From assembly GCA_963674745.2 (NCBI GenBank), contig CAXXDV010000001.1:1248001-1312000 (forward strand): a stretch of 64,000 nucleotides of DNA, written 5' to 3'. Shown here piece after piece: positions 36,175-46,259 of the stretch. How positions within the stretch are numbered: position 1 is the first letter of the stretch; the number at the start of each line of letters is the position of its first letter. Origin of the DNA: Desulfosudaceae bacterium (GTDB lineage Bacteria > Desulfobacterota > Desulfobacteria > Desulfobacterales > Desulfosudaceae). The notes under the pieces were generated by a model that worked only from the letters and a program-made list of their open reading frames with translations, did not search any database and had not been told where the DNA came from. Both the position numbers and the translations under genes were made by a program.

Positions 36175-37710
36175 TCATAAAATTTCTTCTATTTCAAATT
36201 GCTCGATATGAAATTTCGGCATGGGATAAATAATGATCTGCCTTTCCAGTTTTTGTTCCAGTGCGTTTATCAGGTTGTTTTCTTCTCCATGAAGCACTTC
36301 TGCAATATCCGGATGAACCTTTACGGTTATTTTTTCACCGGTGATGTCTCCGGAGCCCCTCAATACTTCTCTGTACAAATTATAGCAAATGGTCTGTCTG
36401 GAAAGTAAACGGCCGTCTCCTTCACAATAAAAACACGGTTCGCACAGCATGCTGGCGATGGAGTTTCGGGTCCTTTTCCGGGTCATCTGAATTAGTCCCA
36501 GTTCTGAAAACGGCAGAACGGTGGTTTTGTTTTTATCTTTCTCCAGATATTCCTTCAGTGCGCTGAAAACCTTATCCCTGTTGGTTTCCTTAGCCATATC
36601 AATAAAATCGATAATAATAATACCGCCCAGATTACGAAGCCGTATCTGGTAGGCAATTTCTCTGGCGGCTTCCAGGTTGGTTTTAAAAACCGTTTCTTCA
36701 AAATTATGCTTACCCACATACCGACCGGTATTTACATCAATAACCACCAACGCCTCGGTCTGTTCAATAATGATATACCCGCCGGATTTCAACCAGACCT
36801 TGTTCTTCAGTGCCCGAAAAATATCCCCTTCAATGTTATAGGCGTCAAAAAGCGGTTCGCTTCCGGAATAACGTTCAACCGATACTTTCATCTGCGGCAT
36901 TACTTCATCCAGAAAAGCGAGTATTTCATTGTAAACAATGTCGGAATCCACAATGACGCAATCTGCCTCATGGGTCAGATAATCACGGACCGCTCTTAAT
37001 GAAACGGTCATTTCTCTGTGTAAAAGTGTCGGTGCGGAAACATTGCTGTAACGCTTTTGAACCTTTTTCCACAAACTAATCAAAAACCCCATCTCTTTTT
37101 TAAGGGTTTGTTCGTCGATGTTTTCTGCCGCTGTCCGGACGATAAACCCGAAATTTCCCTCTCTTAAAGAAACAACCATCTCTTTTAGTCGGGTTCGTTC
37201 TTTTTCTTCGATAATCCTTTTGGATACACCAACATGTTCAACCGTCGGCATCAACACCAGAAAACGGCCCGGCAGTGAGATGCGTGTTGTTATCCTTGCG
37301 CCCTTGCTGCCTATCGCGGATTTTGATACTTGAACCAGCATTTCCTGGTTTTCCGTTATCAGATCGCTGATATTAACCGCCTGAAGGGTAACGGCATTTG
37401 ATTCATAATCCGAAATTTCATTATTATCCGTTTCTTCATTTTCCACAGAACCCACGAACATCTCATCCATATCCCAGAAAGCGCCGGGTACGACATCATT
37501 AACGTATATAAACGCGGCCTGGTCCAGGCCCAGATCCACGAAAGCCGCCTGCATTCCTGGAAGTACCCGTTGAACCCTGGCTTTATAGATATTGCCGGAT
37601 ATGTTAAATTGATCTCCTCTTTCCATGAAAAACTCTACCACCGTCCCATCCTCAAGCAGGGCGACACGGGTTTCGTTCTCCGTGGCATTTATTATCAACT
37701 CTTTTGACAT
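36175..37710 (-). CDS. rng: Ribonuclease G (Rne/Rng family)
   Basis: GNIYKARV, IDVNTG, GGIIIIDFIDM, CFYCEG; no long C-terminal tail. Confidence 0.93.
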   Translation of the reverse strand: MSKELIINATENETRVALLEDGTVVEFFMERGDQFNISGNIYKARVQRVLPGMQAAFVDLGLDQAAFIYVNDVVPGAFWDMDEMFVGSVENEETDNNEISDYESNAVTLQAVNISDLITENQEMLVQVSKSAIGSKGARITTRISLPGRFLVLMPTVEHVGVSKRIIEEKERTRLKEMVVSLREGNFGFIVRTAAENIDEQTLKKEMGFLISLWKKVQKRYSNVSAPTLLHREMTVSLRAVRDYLTHEADCVIVDSDIVYNEILAFLDEVMPQMKVSVERYSGSEPLFDAYNIEGDIFRALKNKVWLKSGGYIIIEQTEALVVIDVNTGRYVGKHNFEETVFKTNLEAAREIAYQIRLRNLGGIIIIDFIDMAKETNRDKVFSALKEYLEKDKNKTTVLPFSELGLIQMTRKRTRNSIASMLCEPCFYCEGDGRLLSRQTICYNLYREVLRGSGDITGEKITVKVHPDIAEVLHGEENNLINALEQKLERQIIIYPMPKFHIEQFEIEEIL

Positions 37711-37746
37711 ATCGAAATCCTGATTAATTAACGATAAAAAATACTA

Positions 37747-40272
37747 CTATATCGTCTCAATTTTGACAACCCTGGCCTGTTTGACCGTTTTCTCTGTCAG
37801 TTCGAACAGGGCGCCGGCAATATCTGTTGGTTTGGCCTTTTGACCGGATATTTCTTTTATTTCCATCATCAGGCGTTTTTTATCTATCACCTCTAAATTC
37901 GACACGATCTTTTTTAGATCGATTTTTTTGACGACCCCTTTTTTATTCTGTTTTTCCAGTAAAAAATGCTCCCGCTGGCGAAAAGCGTCAGCTTTTTTGT
38001 TGTCAAAAATGTCGGCTTGGCTTTCTATACGATAAATCGAGGTTTTGTCTTCGGCCTTCTTTTTACCTTTTGTTTCCGGTAATATTCGGCAGTCCTTTAT
38101 GTCGATACCCTCCGGAAGTTCCTGGTTTAAGGCTTTTTTAACCGCATCCGGTTCAACCATTCCGTTTACCGTCAAAATAAGCGTTTCTTTTTCACTCTCA
38201 ACGCCAACCGGCAACGGATCCGGAAAAACGATTTTCGGCATGGGATGATAGCCCTGAGAATAAAAAACAGGAATTTGTGCGCGATTGATGGCCCGGATAA
38301 AAATATTGATAAATTCCAAATGCCCAAAATACCCGGCCGGTCCGGTTTTGGCATAATCGATGGCCAGCTTGTTTTTTACGGTGAATATTTTTTGAGTTTT
38401 TAATACGGTGTTAACCGTCGATGTTGATCTGTTCTCAGAAGCGTTCAGCCTTGGTTTTATTTCCTTAAAATCGCATATGCCGCAATCGCTGCAACTGCCG
38501 TCTCTACAGTCCTGCGTCAATTCCTGCTGATACGCCTTTTCTCTTTCTTTAATAAAAAACGCTTTTGTAATTCCGCACGAAATCATGTCCCATGGTAACG
38601 GTTCACCGGTATCTCTTTTCCGTTTTGTATAAAAATCCAGATCAATCTCGTTTTCCTCGGCTGCGTCAAGCCAAAAATTGAAATTAAAACTGTCACTCCA
38701 GCCATCAAACCGGCATCCTTTCATATATGCCGCTTCTATTAATCGGGATAAGCGCCGGTCTCCACGGGCAAAAACACCTTCAATAAAACTCGCTTCCGGG
38801 TTCTGCCATTTAAATCCGATCTGCCGGTTTGTAAGGCTGGTTTTAAGATATTTTATGGTTTCTTTTGCTGTCTCAAGTGGAAGTTGTCTTTCCCATTGAA
38901 ACGGCGTGTGTGCCTTGGGAATAAAAGTCGCCACGCTGACATTTAGTTTTTGTTTACCCTTTTGTTTGTTACCGATCTTTGAAAGACGACGCACCAGCGC
39001 AATGATTTCATTAACATCCTGATCGGTTTCCGTCGGCAAACCGATCATAAAATAAAGTTTAATCAGATTCCATCCCAAAGAAAAAGCGTCATTAACCGTA
39101 CGTGTTATTTCTTCTTCGGTAACATTTTTATTGATAACATCCCTTAAACGCTGACTTCCGGCCTCGGGTGCGATGGTAAAGCCGGTTTTTCTGACGCTTT
39201 TAATAAGCTGCATGGTATTCTGGTCTAAAGATCCGGCTCTGAAAGAAGGAACCGAAACCGCTATGTGTTTTGAGCTGTACTTAAACATCATCTGTTCTAT
39301 CAGACAATTTAAGCCGCCATAATCTCCCGTGCTCAAGGAAAGTAAAGATACGTCTTCGTAACCGGTGTTTTTTAAGGCTTCGTCCGCCTGGCTCAAGACC
39401 TCATCTACCGGCCTTTCTCTAACCGGTCTGTAAATCATGCCCGCCTGGCAGAATCGGCAACCCCGGGAACACCCTCGCGCCACTTCCAGTCTCAGCCTGT
39501 CATGAACCGGTTTACCAAAAGGCAAAACCGGTTTATCGGGAAAATCTTCATTTTTCAGCCATGGCGTAACGGCTTTGGACACGGTGCCAACCGACCCTTT
39601 TTTAGGATCAAGGTGTTCAAATCCCTGATCATCATAACGTGCCGTATACCATTCGGGTATATAAACGCCTTTTATTCTAGACCACGCCTCAAGAACCGCC
39701 TTTTTATCTGTTTTACCGTTGTTTGTTTTAATTTTGAGAAGATCAGACGCCATTTGAACGATAACCGATTCAGCATCACCGACAACAATGGCATCAAAAA
39801 AATCAGCCACCGGTTCAGGGTTAACCATACACGGTCCACCGGCGATTATCAGTGGATAGGAATCATCCCGTTGCCTGGCATAAAAAGGAATATTTGAAAG
39901 ATCCATAATGGTTAACACATTTGTATAGTTCAGCTCATAAAGAAGAGAAAAGCCGACAACATCAAATGTACTCACCGATTTCCCGGTTTCCAGTGAAAAT
40001 AAGGTTCTGCCCGTTTTTCTCAATTGTTGTTCCATATCAAGACCCGGGGAAAAAACCCGTTCGGCCATGACATTTTCCATCTTGTTTAAAAGATAATACA
40101 AAATCTGCATGCCAAAATGAGAGGTCCCTATTTCATAAAGATCCGGGAAACAAAGCGCAAAAGAGACCTTGTGCGGTTTGTCCGGCTTTACGCTGTTTAT
40201 TTCACCACCTATATAACTGCTCGGTCTTCTGACAAAAGGCATTACTATCGGAAAATCATCAAACTTCATCAT
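37747..40272 (-). CDS. TIGR03960-type radical SAM protein fused to a DUF2344/TIGR03936-like domain
   Basis: PDLYEIG, RGCSRGCRFC, APEAGSQR, then YSQGYHPMPK; start probably 40272. Confidence 0.88.
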   Translation of the reverse strand: MMKFDDFPIVMPFVRRPSSYIGGEINSVKPDKPHKVSFALCFPDLYEIGTSHFGMQILYYLLNKMENVMAERVFSPGLDMEQQLRKTGRTLFSLETGKSVSTFDVVGFSLLYELNYTNVLTIMDLSNIPFYARQRDDSYPLIIAGGPCMVNPEPVADFFDAIVVGDAESVIVQMASDLLKIKTNNGKTDKKAVLEAWSRIKGVYIPEWYTARYDDQGFEHLDPKKGSVGTVSKAVTPWLKNEDFPDKPVLPFGKPVHDRLRLEVARGCSRGCRFCQAGMIYRPVRERPVDEVLSQADEALKNTGYEDVSLLSLSTGDYGGLNCLIEQMMFKYSSKHIAVSVPSFRAGSLDQNTMQLIKSVRKTGFTIAPEAGSQRLRDVINKNVTEEEITRTVNDAFSLGWNLIKLYFMIGLPTETDQDVNEIIALVRRLSKIGNKQKGKQKLNVSVATFIPKAHTPFQWERQLPLETAKETIKYLKTSLTNRQIGFKWQNPEASFIEGVFARGDRRLSRLIEAAYMKGCRFDGWSDSFNFNFWLDAAEENEIDLDFYTKRKRDTGEPLPWDMISCGITKAFFIKEREKAYQQELTQDCRDGSCSDCGICDFKEIKPRLNASENRSTSTVNTVLKTQKIFTVKNKLAIDYAKTGPAGYFGHLEFINIFIRAINRAQIPVFYSQGYHPMPKIVFPDPLPVGVESEKETLILTVNGMVEPDAVKKALNQELPEGIDIKDCRILPETKGKKKAEDKTSIYRIESQADIFDNKKADAFRQREHFLLEKQNKKGVVKKIDLKKIVSNLEVIDKKRLMMEIKEISGQKAKPTDIAGALFELTEKTVKQARVVKIETI

Positions 40273-40480
40273 TCTCTCTCTTCTGTTGATCGAAAGACGA
40301 TACCTGTATATTTGAAAATTGGTTTTATTATCAACCGGTTTTATTGTGTCGGGCAACGCCCGGTATAAGATGATGATACGGGATTTTCAGAATCAAAATC
40401 TGGACAGGGTCTTTGTTTTTAGAATAAAGAAGGGGTCTTTTAAACTTTATCAAACAATATCAGCGCTTCTAAAATATTAT

Positions 40481-42907
40481 TTATATATCAAGCGTTTCTA
40501 CTTCCAGCGCATTATCATGGATAAACTTTTTTCTGGGTTCTACATTATCACCCATCAGAACCGTGAAGGTCTCATCAGCCTCAGCAGCATCCTCTATTTT
40601 TACTTTCAGCAGTCTTCTGCTTCCCGGCTCCATGGTTGTTTTCCAGAGCTGATCCGCATTCATTTCTCCAAGACCTTTATATCTTTGAAAAACAACTCCT
40701 TTTTTGCCTGACTCCTCCATGTAAAGATACATCTTTTTAATGGTTTCAAAAGAGGCTTCTTCTTTATCGGTTTCGGTGTTATAAACGATAAATGGTGGTT
40801 CATTATACTTCGATATTTTCTGAGCCAAGACCACCATATTCTGATATTTATTTGAATAAATTAAGTTTCTTCCTATCTTAATTGGTTTAATATCCGTCAT
40901 GGGTTTACCGGTTATAAATTCTTCTTCGTCATCTTGAACCGGAATCGTTATAAAAAATTCATATATTTGTTTTTCTTCATTAAATAATATGTCATCGACC
41001 AGAAAGCCGTTTTCAGATAAAACCGTTCTTAAGCTTGAAATTTTTTCTTTATCCTTCAATACTTCTTTATCTGTCACTTTTTGGCGAATCAACAAATCCA
41101 GCAGTTTAGCGTTATATCCCCTTTTCTTTAAATCGGCCATTTCTTTTAAATAATCCGAAACATGACCTAAGAAAACAAATAATTCTTCATCTTCAAGCCG
41201 TTTATTACCAGCTATTACATACCTTTTATCACAGGCATTTTTTATAAAATAATCGATTAACTGGGACTCCTTATCAATATATTGCTCGTTTTTTCCCTTT
41301 CCAAGTTTAAAAAGTGGCGGTTGAGCGATATACAGATATTCTTTTTCGATCAATTCACGCATCTGCCTGAAAAAAAAGGTTAATAATAATGTTCTGATAT
41401 GAGCGCCATCAACATCCGCGTCCGTCATAATAATGACTTTATGGTATCTTAGTTTTTCAATTTCATATTCCTCACTTCCCGCGCCCATCCCAAGAACGGT
41501 TATAATATTCTTTATTTCTTCACTTTTTAAAATTTTATCAAACCGCGCTTTTTCTACATTTAAAATTTTACCCTTTAGGGGCAAAATAGCCTGAAACCTT
41601 CGATCCCTTCCCTGTTTAGCAGACCCCCCGGCGGAATCACCCTCAACCAGAAACAATTCTCTTTCTGCCGGATCGGTTGATTGACATTCGGCCATTTTAC
41701 CAGGGAGGCTTGAATCCATTAACGCACCCTGGCTCCTGGCAATATCTCTGGCTTTTTTGGCGGCGTTTCTGGCTCTGGCGGCTTCTAATGATTTATTAAT
41801 AATAACTTTGCCGATAGAGGGATTTTCTTCTAAAAAAGTATTTAATTTTTCATAAACAAGCGAATCCACATATCCTTTAACTTCACTGTTTCCAAGTTTG
41901 GTCTTGGTCTGACCTTCAAACTGCGGGTTTCTTATTCTGACACTGATGATCGCTGATAACCCTTCCCTGGCGTCCTCTCCGGTAATTTTTTCGGTGCTTT
42001 TTTTGGCGGCAGATACATTCACCATATATTGATTGACTGACCGGGTTAAGGCGCCTTTAAATCCGATAAGATGAAATCCCCCTTCGGTCGTATTAATATT
42101 ATTGGCAAATGAATAAATTTTTTCTGAAAAACTATCGTTATACTGAATTGCCACCTCTATCTGGACGTCATTTTTTTTACCGGCTATATATATCGGTTTG
42201 TGTAAAACCTGATGGGCTCTGTTTAAATATTCAATAAAAGATTGAATACCACCGTCATAACAATATTTGACCGATTCATCGGTCCTTTCGTCGTCTATTT
42301 GTATCGTTATTCCTTTATTTAAAAAAGCCAGCTCTCGGAGTCGACGACTTAATATTTCGAAATTGAAATTATCAGAATTCATAATTTCAGTGTCAGGCTT
42401 GAAAATAATTCTTGTTCCTCTTTTATCGGTATTACCGACAACCTCTAGCTCACTTGTTTTTTTACCTTTGCGAAAGATTTGTTTATAAATTTTTCCTTTG
42501 TTAAAAACATTTACTTCCAAAACTTCTGAAAGGGCATTAACAACGGAAATTCCTACACCATGAAGCCCTCCGGAAACCTTGTAATTGGAATTATCAAATT
42601 TACCGCCGGCATGCAGTTTTGTTAAGACCACTTCAACCGCGGGAACCTTTTCCTTTTCATGTATGCCAACTGGAATACCACGTCCGTTATCTTCAATACT
42701 GACCGAATTATCTTTGTTGATGACAACAACAATCCGATCGCAATAACCGGCCATGGCTTCATCAATACTGTTGTCTACAACTTCATAAACAAGATGATGA
42801 AGACCTTCACTGTCAACATTACCAATATACATAGAAGGTCTTAAACGAACAGGTTCAAGCCCTTCTAGAACATTGATACTTTTTTCGTTATAATTTGTTT
42901 CTTCCAT
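40481..42907 (-). CDS. gyrB: DNA gyrase subunit B
   Basis: EVVDNSIDE, GGLHGVG, EGDSAGG, PLKGK, DADVDG, RYKGLGEM. Confidence 0.98.
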   Translation of the reverse strand: MEETNYNEKSINVLEGLEPVRLRPSMYIGNVDSEGLHHLVYEVVDNSIDEAMAGYCDRIVVVINKDNSVSIEDNGRGIPVGIHEKEKVPAVEVVLTKLHAGGKFDNSNYKVSGGLHGVGISVVNALSEVLEVNVFNKGKIYKQIFRKGKKTSELEVVGNTDKRGTRIIFKPDTEIMNSDNFNFEILSRRLRELAFLNKGITIQIDDERTDESVKYCYDGGIQSFIEYLNRAHQVLHKPIYIAGKKNDVQIEVAIQYNDSFSEKIYSFANNINTTEGGFHLIGFKGALTRSVNQYMVNVSAAKKSTEKITGEDAREGLSAIISVRIRNPQFEGQTKTKLGNSEVKGYVDSLVYEKLNTFLEENPSIGKVIINKSLEAARARNAAKKARDIARSQGALMDSSLPGKMAECQSTDPAERELFLVEGDSAGGSAKQGRDRRFQAILPLKGKILNVEKARFDKILKSEEIKNIITVLGMGAGSEEYEIEKLRYHKVIIMTDADVDGAHIRTLLLTFFFRQMRELIEKEYLYIAQPPLFKLGKGKNEQYIDKESQLIDYFIKNACDKRYVIAGNKRLEDEELFVFLGHVSDYLKEMADLKKRGYNAKLLDLLIRQKVTDKEVLKDKEKISSLRTVLSENGFLVDDILFNEEKQIYEFFITIPVQDDEEEFITGKPMTDIKPIKIGRNLIYSNKYQNMVVLAQKISKYNEPPFIVYNTETDKEEASFETIKKMYLYMEESGKKGVVFQRYKGLGEMNADQLWKTTMEPGSRRLLKVKIEDAAEADETFTVLMGDNVEPRKKFIHDNALEVETLDI

Positions 42908-44046
42908 TATATTTTCATCGGCATAATGATATTTAAATTAGTTTCTGTTTCCTGTCCGCATATAATACAGGGTGTTTGCTCATCCTTTATTTTTAACAAT
43001 ACTTTTGCCTCATCAATAATATTTAAGGCGTCAATAAAGTAATGCGGGTTAAACATGGTCTCTATCGTGTTTTTATCATATTTTATATTTATATATTCCG
43101 ACGATTCACCCCTTTCCGGGTTAGCTGCGTTAATTGTTAATTTATCTTTTTCAAACTTGAAAATAACCCCCTTGTAATCTTCTGAGGTTAAAATAGACAT
43201 TCTTTCCAGCATGTTTTTAAACTCTTTTTTTTCTACTTCAATTAACGTTCTGTCTTCATCTTCAAAAAGCCCTTTTAAATCCGGAAAATTACCGCTGAAA
43301 AGATTTATATATATAATTTCATTATCTTTTTTCACTATAAAATAGTTTTCTTTAACACCGATACCAACTTTTCCTTTATCATGTAAAAATTTTTGAACTT
43401 CATTCAGCGCTTTTTTGGGGATAATAATTTGCTGACCCGATTCGATTCCCTCTAAATTTTTTTCTTTTAACACGGACTCGGTTTTGGTCAATCTTTTACC
43501 GTCTGTAGAAATCATTATAATTTTTACATTATTATCTTCTGTTTCAATACATTCGAAATCAACACCGAGAATATGAACCCTTTTTTCATCCCCGCTATAC
43601 ATGACCTGAACCGCCCAGGTGATCATTTTTTTAAACGTTCCGGCTTCGATTTCAAAATAGGATATATCTTTTATTTTGGGGAGTTCTGGAAATTCCTGAC
43701 TGTTTGCACCGACAATATTATATTTAAGGCTGCTACCATCTTTTAAATCCGTTATTTCGATCCATTGTTTTTTCTTTTCATTAATGAAAAGATTTTCTTT
43801 GTCTGATTTTTTTACGATATCATAAAAATCACGGGCGTTTATGGTTATTTCACCCTGTTTTTCAATCGTGGCCGGATAAATTCCCTCAAATCCGGTTTCG
43901 ATATCAGTCGCGCAAATGGAAATACCTTTTTCATTTGTTTTAATTAAAATGTTTTCGGTAATTGCCAGAGAAGATTTTTTACCGGTAATACCTTGAATGT
44001 TGGCCAGCGTATTAATAATATCTGATTTTTTAATTGAACATTTCAT
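42907..44046 (-). CDS. dnaN: DNA polymerase III beta clamp
   Basis: ATDIE, STDGKRL, FNPHY, IMPMKI. Confidence 0.95.
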   Translation of the reverse strand: MKCSIKKSDIINTLANIQGITGKKSSLAITENILIKTNEKGISICATDIETGFEGIYPATIEKQGEITINARDFYDIVKKSDKENLFINEKKKQWIEITDLKDGSSLKYNIVGANSQEFPELPKIKDISYFEIEAGTFKKMITWAVQVMYSGDEKRVHILGVDFECIETEDNNVKIIMISTDGKRLTKTESVLKEKNLEGIESGQQIIIPKKALNEVQKFLHDKGKVGIGVKENYFIVKKDNEIIYINLFSGNFPDLKGLFEDEDRTLIEVEKKEFKNMLERMSILTSEDYKGVIFKFEKDKLTINAANPERGESSEYINIKYDKNTIETMFNPHYFIDALNIIDEAKVLLKIKDEQTPCIICGQETETNLNIIMPMKI

Positions 44047-44099
44047 AATAATGTCCTTTTGAATTTGTTATAAATTCGTGTCAGAAAGAGGTTAATCTT

Positions 44100-44561
44100 C
44101 TTTAATGAAAATATCAATAAATTATTAGGGAAGAACAAAAATTATAATATAAGTATATTAATTAAATATATAATATAAACTAATTAAGGGGTGTTCATAA
44201 CCGGCATAACTTTTTAAGGGTTTAATTTTTTTGTATAATTAATCCAGTATGCAAATGTTTATAAAATATCGGCAATACGGCTGAAAAGAACAGTTAATGA
44301 AAAGATGTTTATAACTTTTATGATATGAACAATTATTTAACCGGTTATTTAACGCGGTCATTAAGACGGGACGATATGCGGATAATAAAGAGTTGAACCG
44401 ATATTTATAAGATAAAAAGAGAAAAGGAAAAAGGATGTAACATAATCTAAGGAAGACCGGATGTTGTTAGGTTTAAAAAAAAGGTATAATAAAAAAATAA
44501 TTAAAAAATTTGCCAACGTTTTGTTTTAGTGTTATATTCATAAGCTGGTAAATGTTGATAA
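44100..44561. other. Candidate replication origin oriC
   Basis: Very AT-rich intergenic upstream of dnaN with degenerate DnaA-box-like 9-mers at 44192, 44256, 44306, 44377 and 44553 and an A/T tract at 44141-44187. Confidence 0.62.
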
Positions 44562-44612
44562 AAGTTGAAAGATTCTTTTTTTTATGGCAAACCAGATAAA
44601 GGATTTTCACTC

Positions 44613-45131
44613 ATGCTTGAATCAAAATACCTGAAAGATAACATCCAGAATATTCAGCGCCTCATGGCGATTCCCGCTTTAAAGTCATTTGAAACAAGAA
44701 GCCTGTCTAAAATTTTGAGGCTCAGTAAAATAAGGGAATATGAGGACGGTGAAATCATTATTAAAGAAGGGGATATTGATCCCTGGCTTTATTTTCTTCT
44801 TTCAGGACAGGTGCGGATTCAGAAAGGCGGAGAGGAAATAACCTGTATTTCCACAACAGGGGAAATTTTCGGGGAGATGAGGATTGTTGACGATAAAGCC
44901 AGATCCGCTTCAGTTGTTGCTGATGGAAAAACGATTTGTCTGGCAGTCAACACCACTGCGCAGCAGAGACTGATGGCCCACGGTAAGGGAGAAAAAGAAG
45001 ATGCGGTGGAATTTGTTCTGTTGCTTTACAAAATTTTTTCCGAATATATGAGCGCCCGTTTAAGATTGACAAACGATGAACTGATTAAAGAAAAAAAGAA
45101 AGTAAGGGCGCTTAAAAAGAAAGTAAAGTAA
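44613..45131 (+). CDS. Cyclic-nucleotide-binding domain protein
   Basis: IIKEGD, LYFLLSG, GEIFGEM, RSASV; no HTH. Confidence 0.88.
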   Translation: MLESKYLKDNIQNIQRLMAIPALKSFETRSLSKILRLSKIREYEDGEIIIKEGDIDPWLYFLLSGQVRIQKGGEEITCISTTGEIFGEMRIVDDKARSASVVADGKTICLAVNTTAQQRLMAHGKGEKEDAVEFVLLLYKIFSEYMSARLRLTNDELIKEKKKVRALKKKVK

Positions 45132-45138
45132 CAGGGGT

Positions 45139-46161
45139 ATGACCAGTCGAACGGTTTCCTTTTCACGGAACGCGATAAATGTTTTTTTTCATATTCTGAC
45201 ACGCTGTAACCTCAACTGTTCCCATTGTTATATCAACCCCCGGCAACATGGTGATCAGACATTACCCTTAGAAACCATCCGTATATGGCTGGATGCGTTT
45301 GCCGATAAATCGAAAAAAGCCAATGTTATTTTTTTAGGCGGCGAACCGACCCTTCATCCTGATCTTTCACAGGCGGTTAAATATGCCCGGCAAATCGGCT
45401 ATCAATCTATTACTATAGACACCAATGGTTATCTTTTTAATAATATTCTGTCCAGGATAACACCTGCCGATGTTGACTATCTCAGTTTCAGTCTGGACGG
45501 TGCCACCGGCCCGGTTAATGATGCCATCCGGGGCAAAGGATGTTATGATCAATGCCTGTCCGGAATCCGGTGCTCGGTTGCCGGGGGGTTCAAAACCAGC
45601 CTGATCTATACCGTCAGCGCGGTTAATCTCCATGAACTGCCGGAAATGGTTCCGCTTGTAGACCAACTTCAAATTGACCGGTTTTTTATTCAGGTTATCG
45701 GTATTCGGGGTAAATCCGCGAAAAAAAGAAATGCCGATAGCCGATCGAATCAAGTATCCCGCGATCAGTGGCAGGAAGTGGTGCCGGCCGTGGCTGAAGC
45801 CATAGCACAAAAGGGGATTACCGTAACCTACCCAAAAGTTTTCCTGTCAACGAACGAGACCTTTGAATGCGCAGGCCTGGTGGCGGACAACTATTTTATT
45901 TTTCCCAATGGCCGGGTTTATCGTTGCCCCCTTTGCGAAGACTTTCCGTTCCATAGCCTGGTTTTTGAAAATAACCGGCTGACCGAAAGACCGCCTTTGA
46001 ATGAAAAAGATTTTTTCGGTTTGTCTATATCTGAAGGATGTGTCATGAATAAACTCATTCAGCCGGACAATCTGTCTTATGACAAAGAAGGTCGACCGGA
46101 ACATAAAATTGCCTGCTGCATGTTGAAAGAAGAATTCTCCGGAAAAAGCAGCAGAAAATAA
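45139..46161 (+). CDS. Radical SAM protein
   Basis: CNLNCSHC, GGEP, C-terminal Cys residues. Confidence 0.9.
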   Translation: MTSRTVSFSRNAINVFFHILTRCNLNCSHCYINPRQHGDQTLPLETIRIWLDAFADKSKKANVIFLGGEPTLHPDLSQAVKYARQIGYQSITIDTNGYLFNNILSRITPADVDYLSFSLDGATGPVNDAIRGKGCYDQCLSGIRCSVAGGFKTSLIYTVSAVNLHELPEMVPLVDQLQIDRFFIQVIGIRGKSAKKRNADSRSNQVSRDQWQEVVPAVAEAIAQKGITVTYPKVFLSTNETFECAGLVADNYFIFPNGRVYRCPLCEDFPFHSLVFENNRLTERPPLNEKDFFGLSISEGCVMNKLIQPDNLSYDKEGRPEHKIACCMLKEEFSGKSSRK

Positions 46162-46259
46162 CGCCTTCCGGGCTCTTTATTCCTCCAAAAAACAGCCTGA
46201 CTTACAAAAGTATAAAAAAAGCAAAGAATCAGAAAAAAGCAGAACGGTTAAAAAAGATC

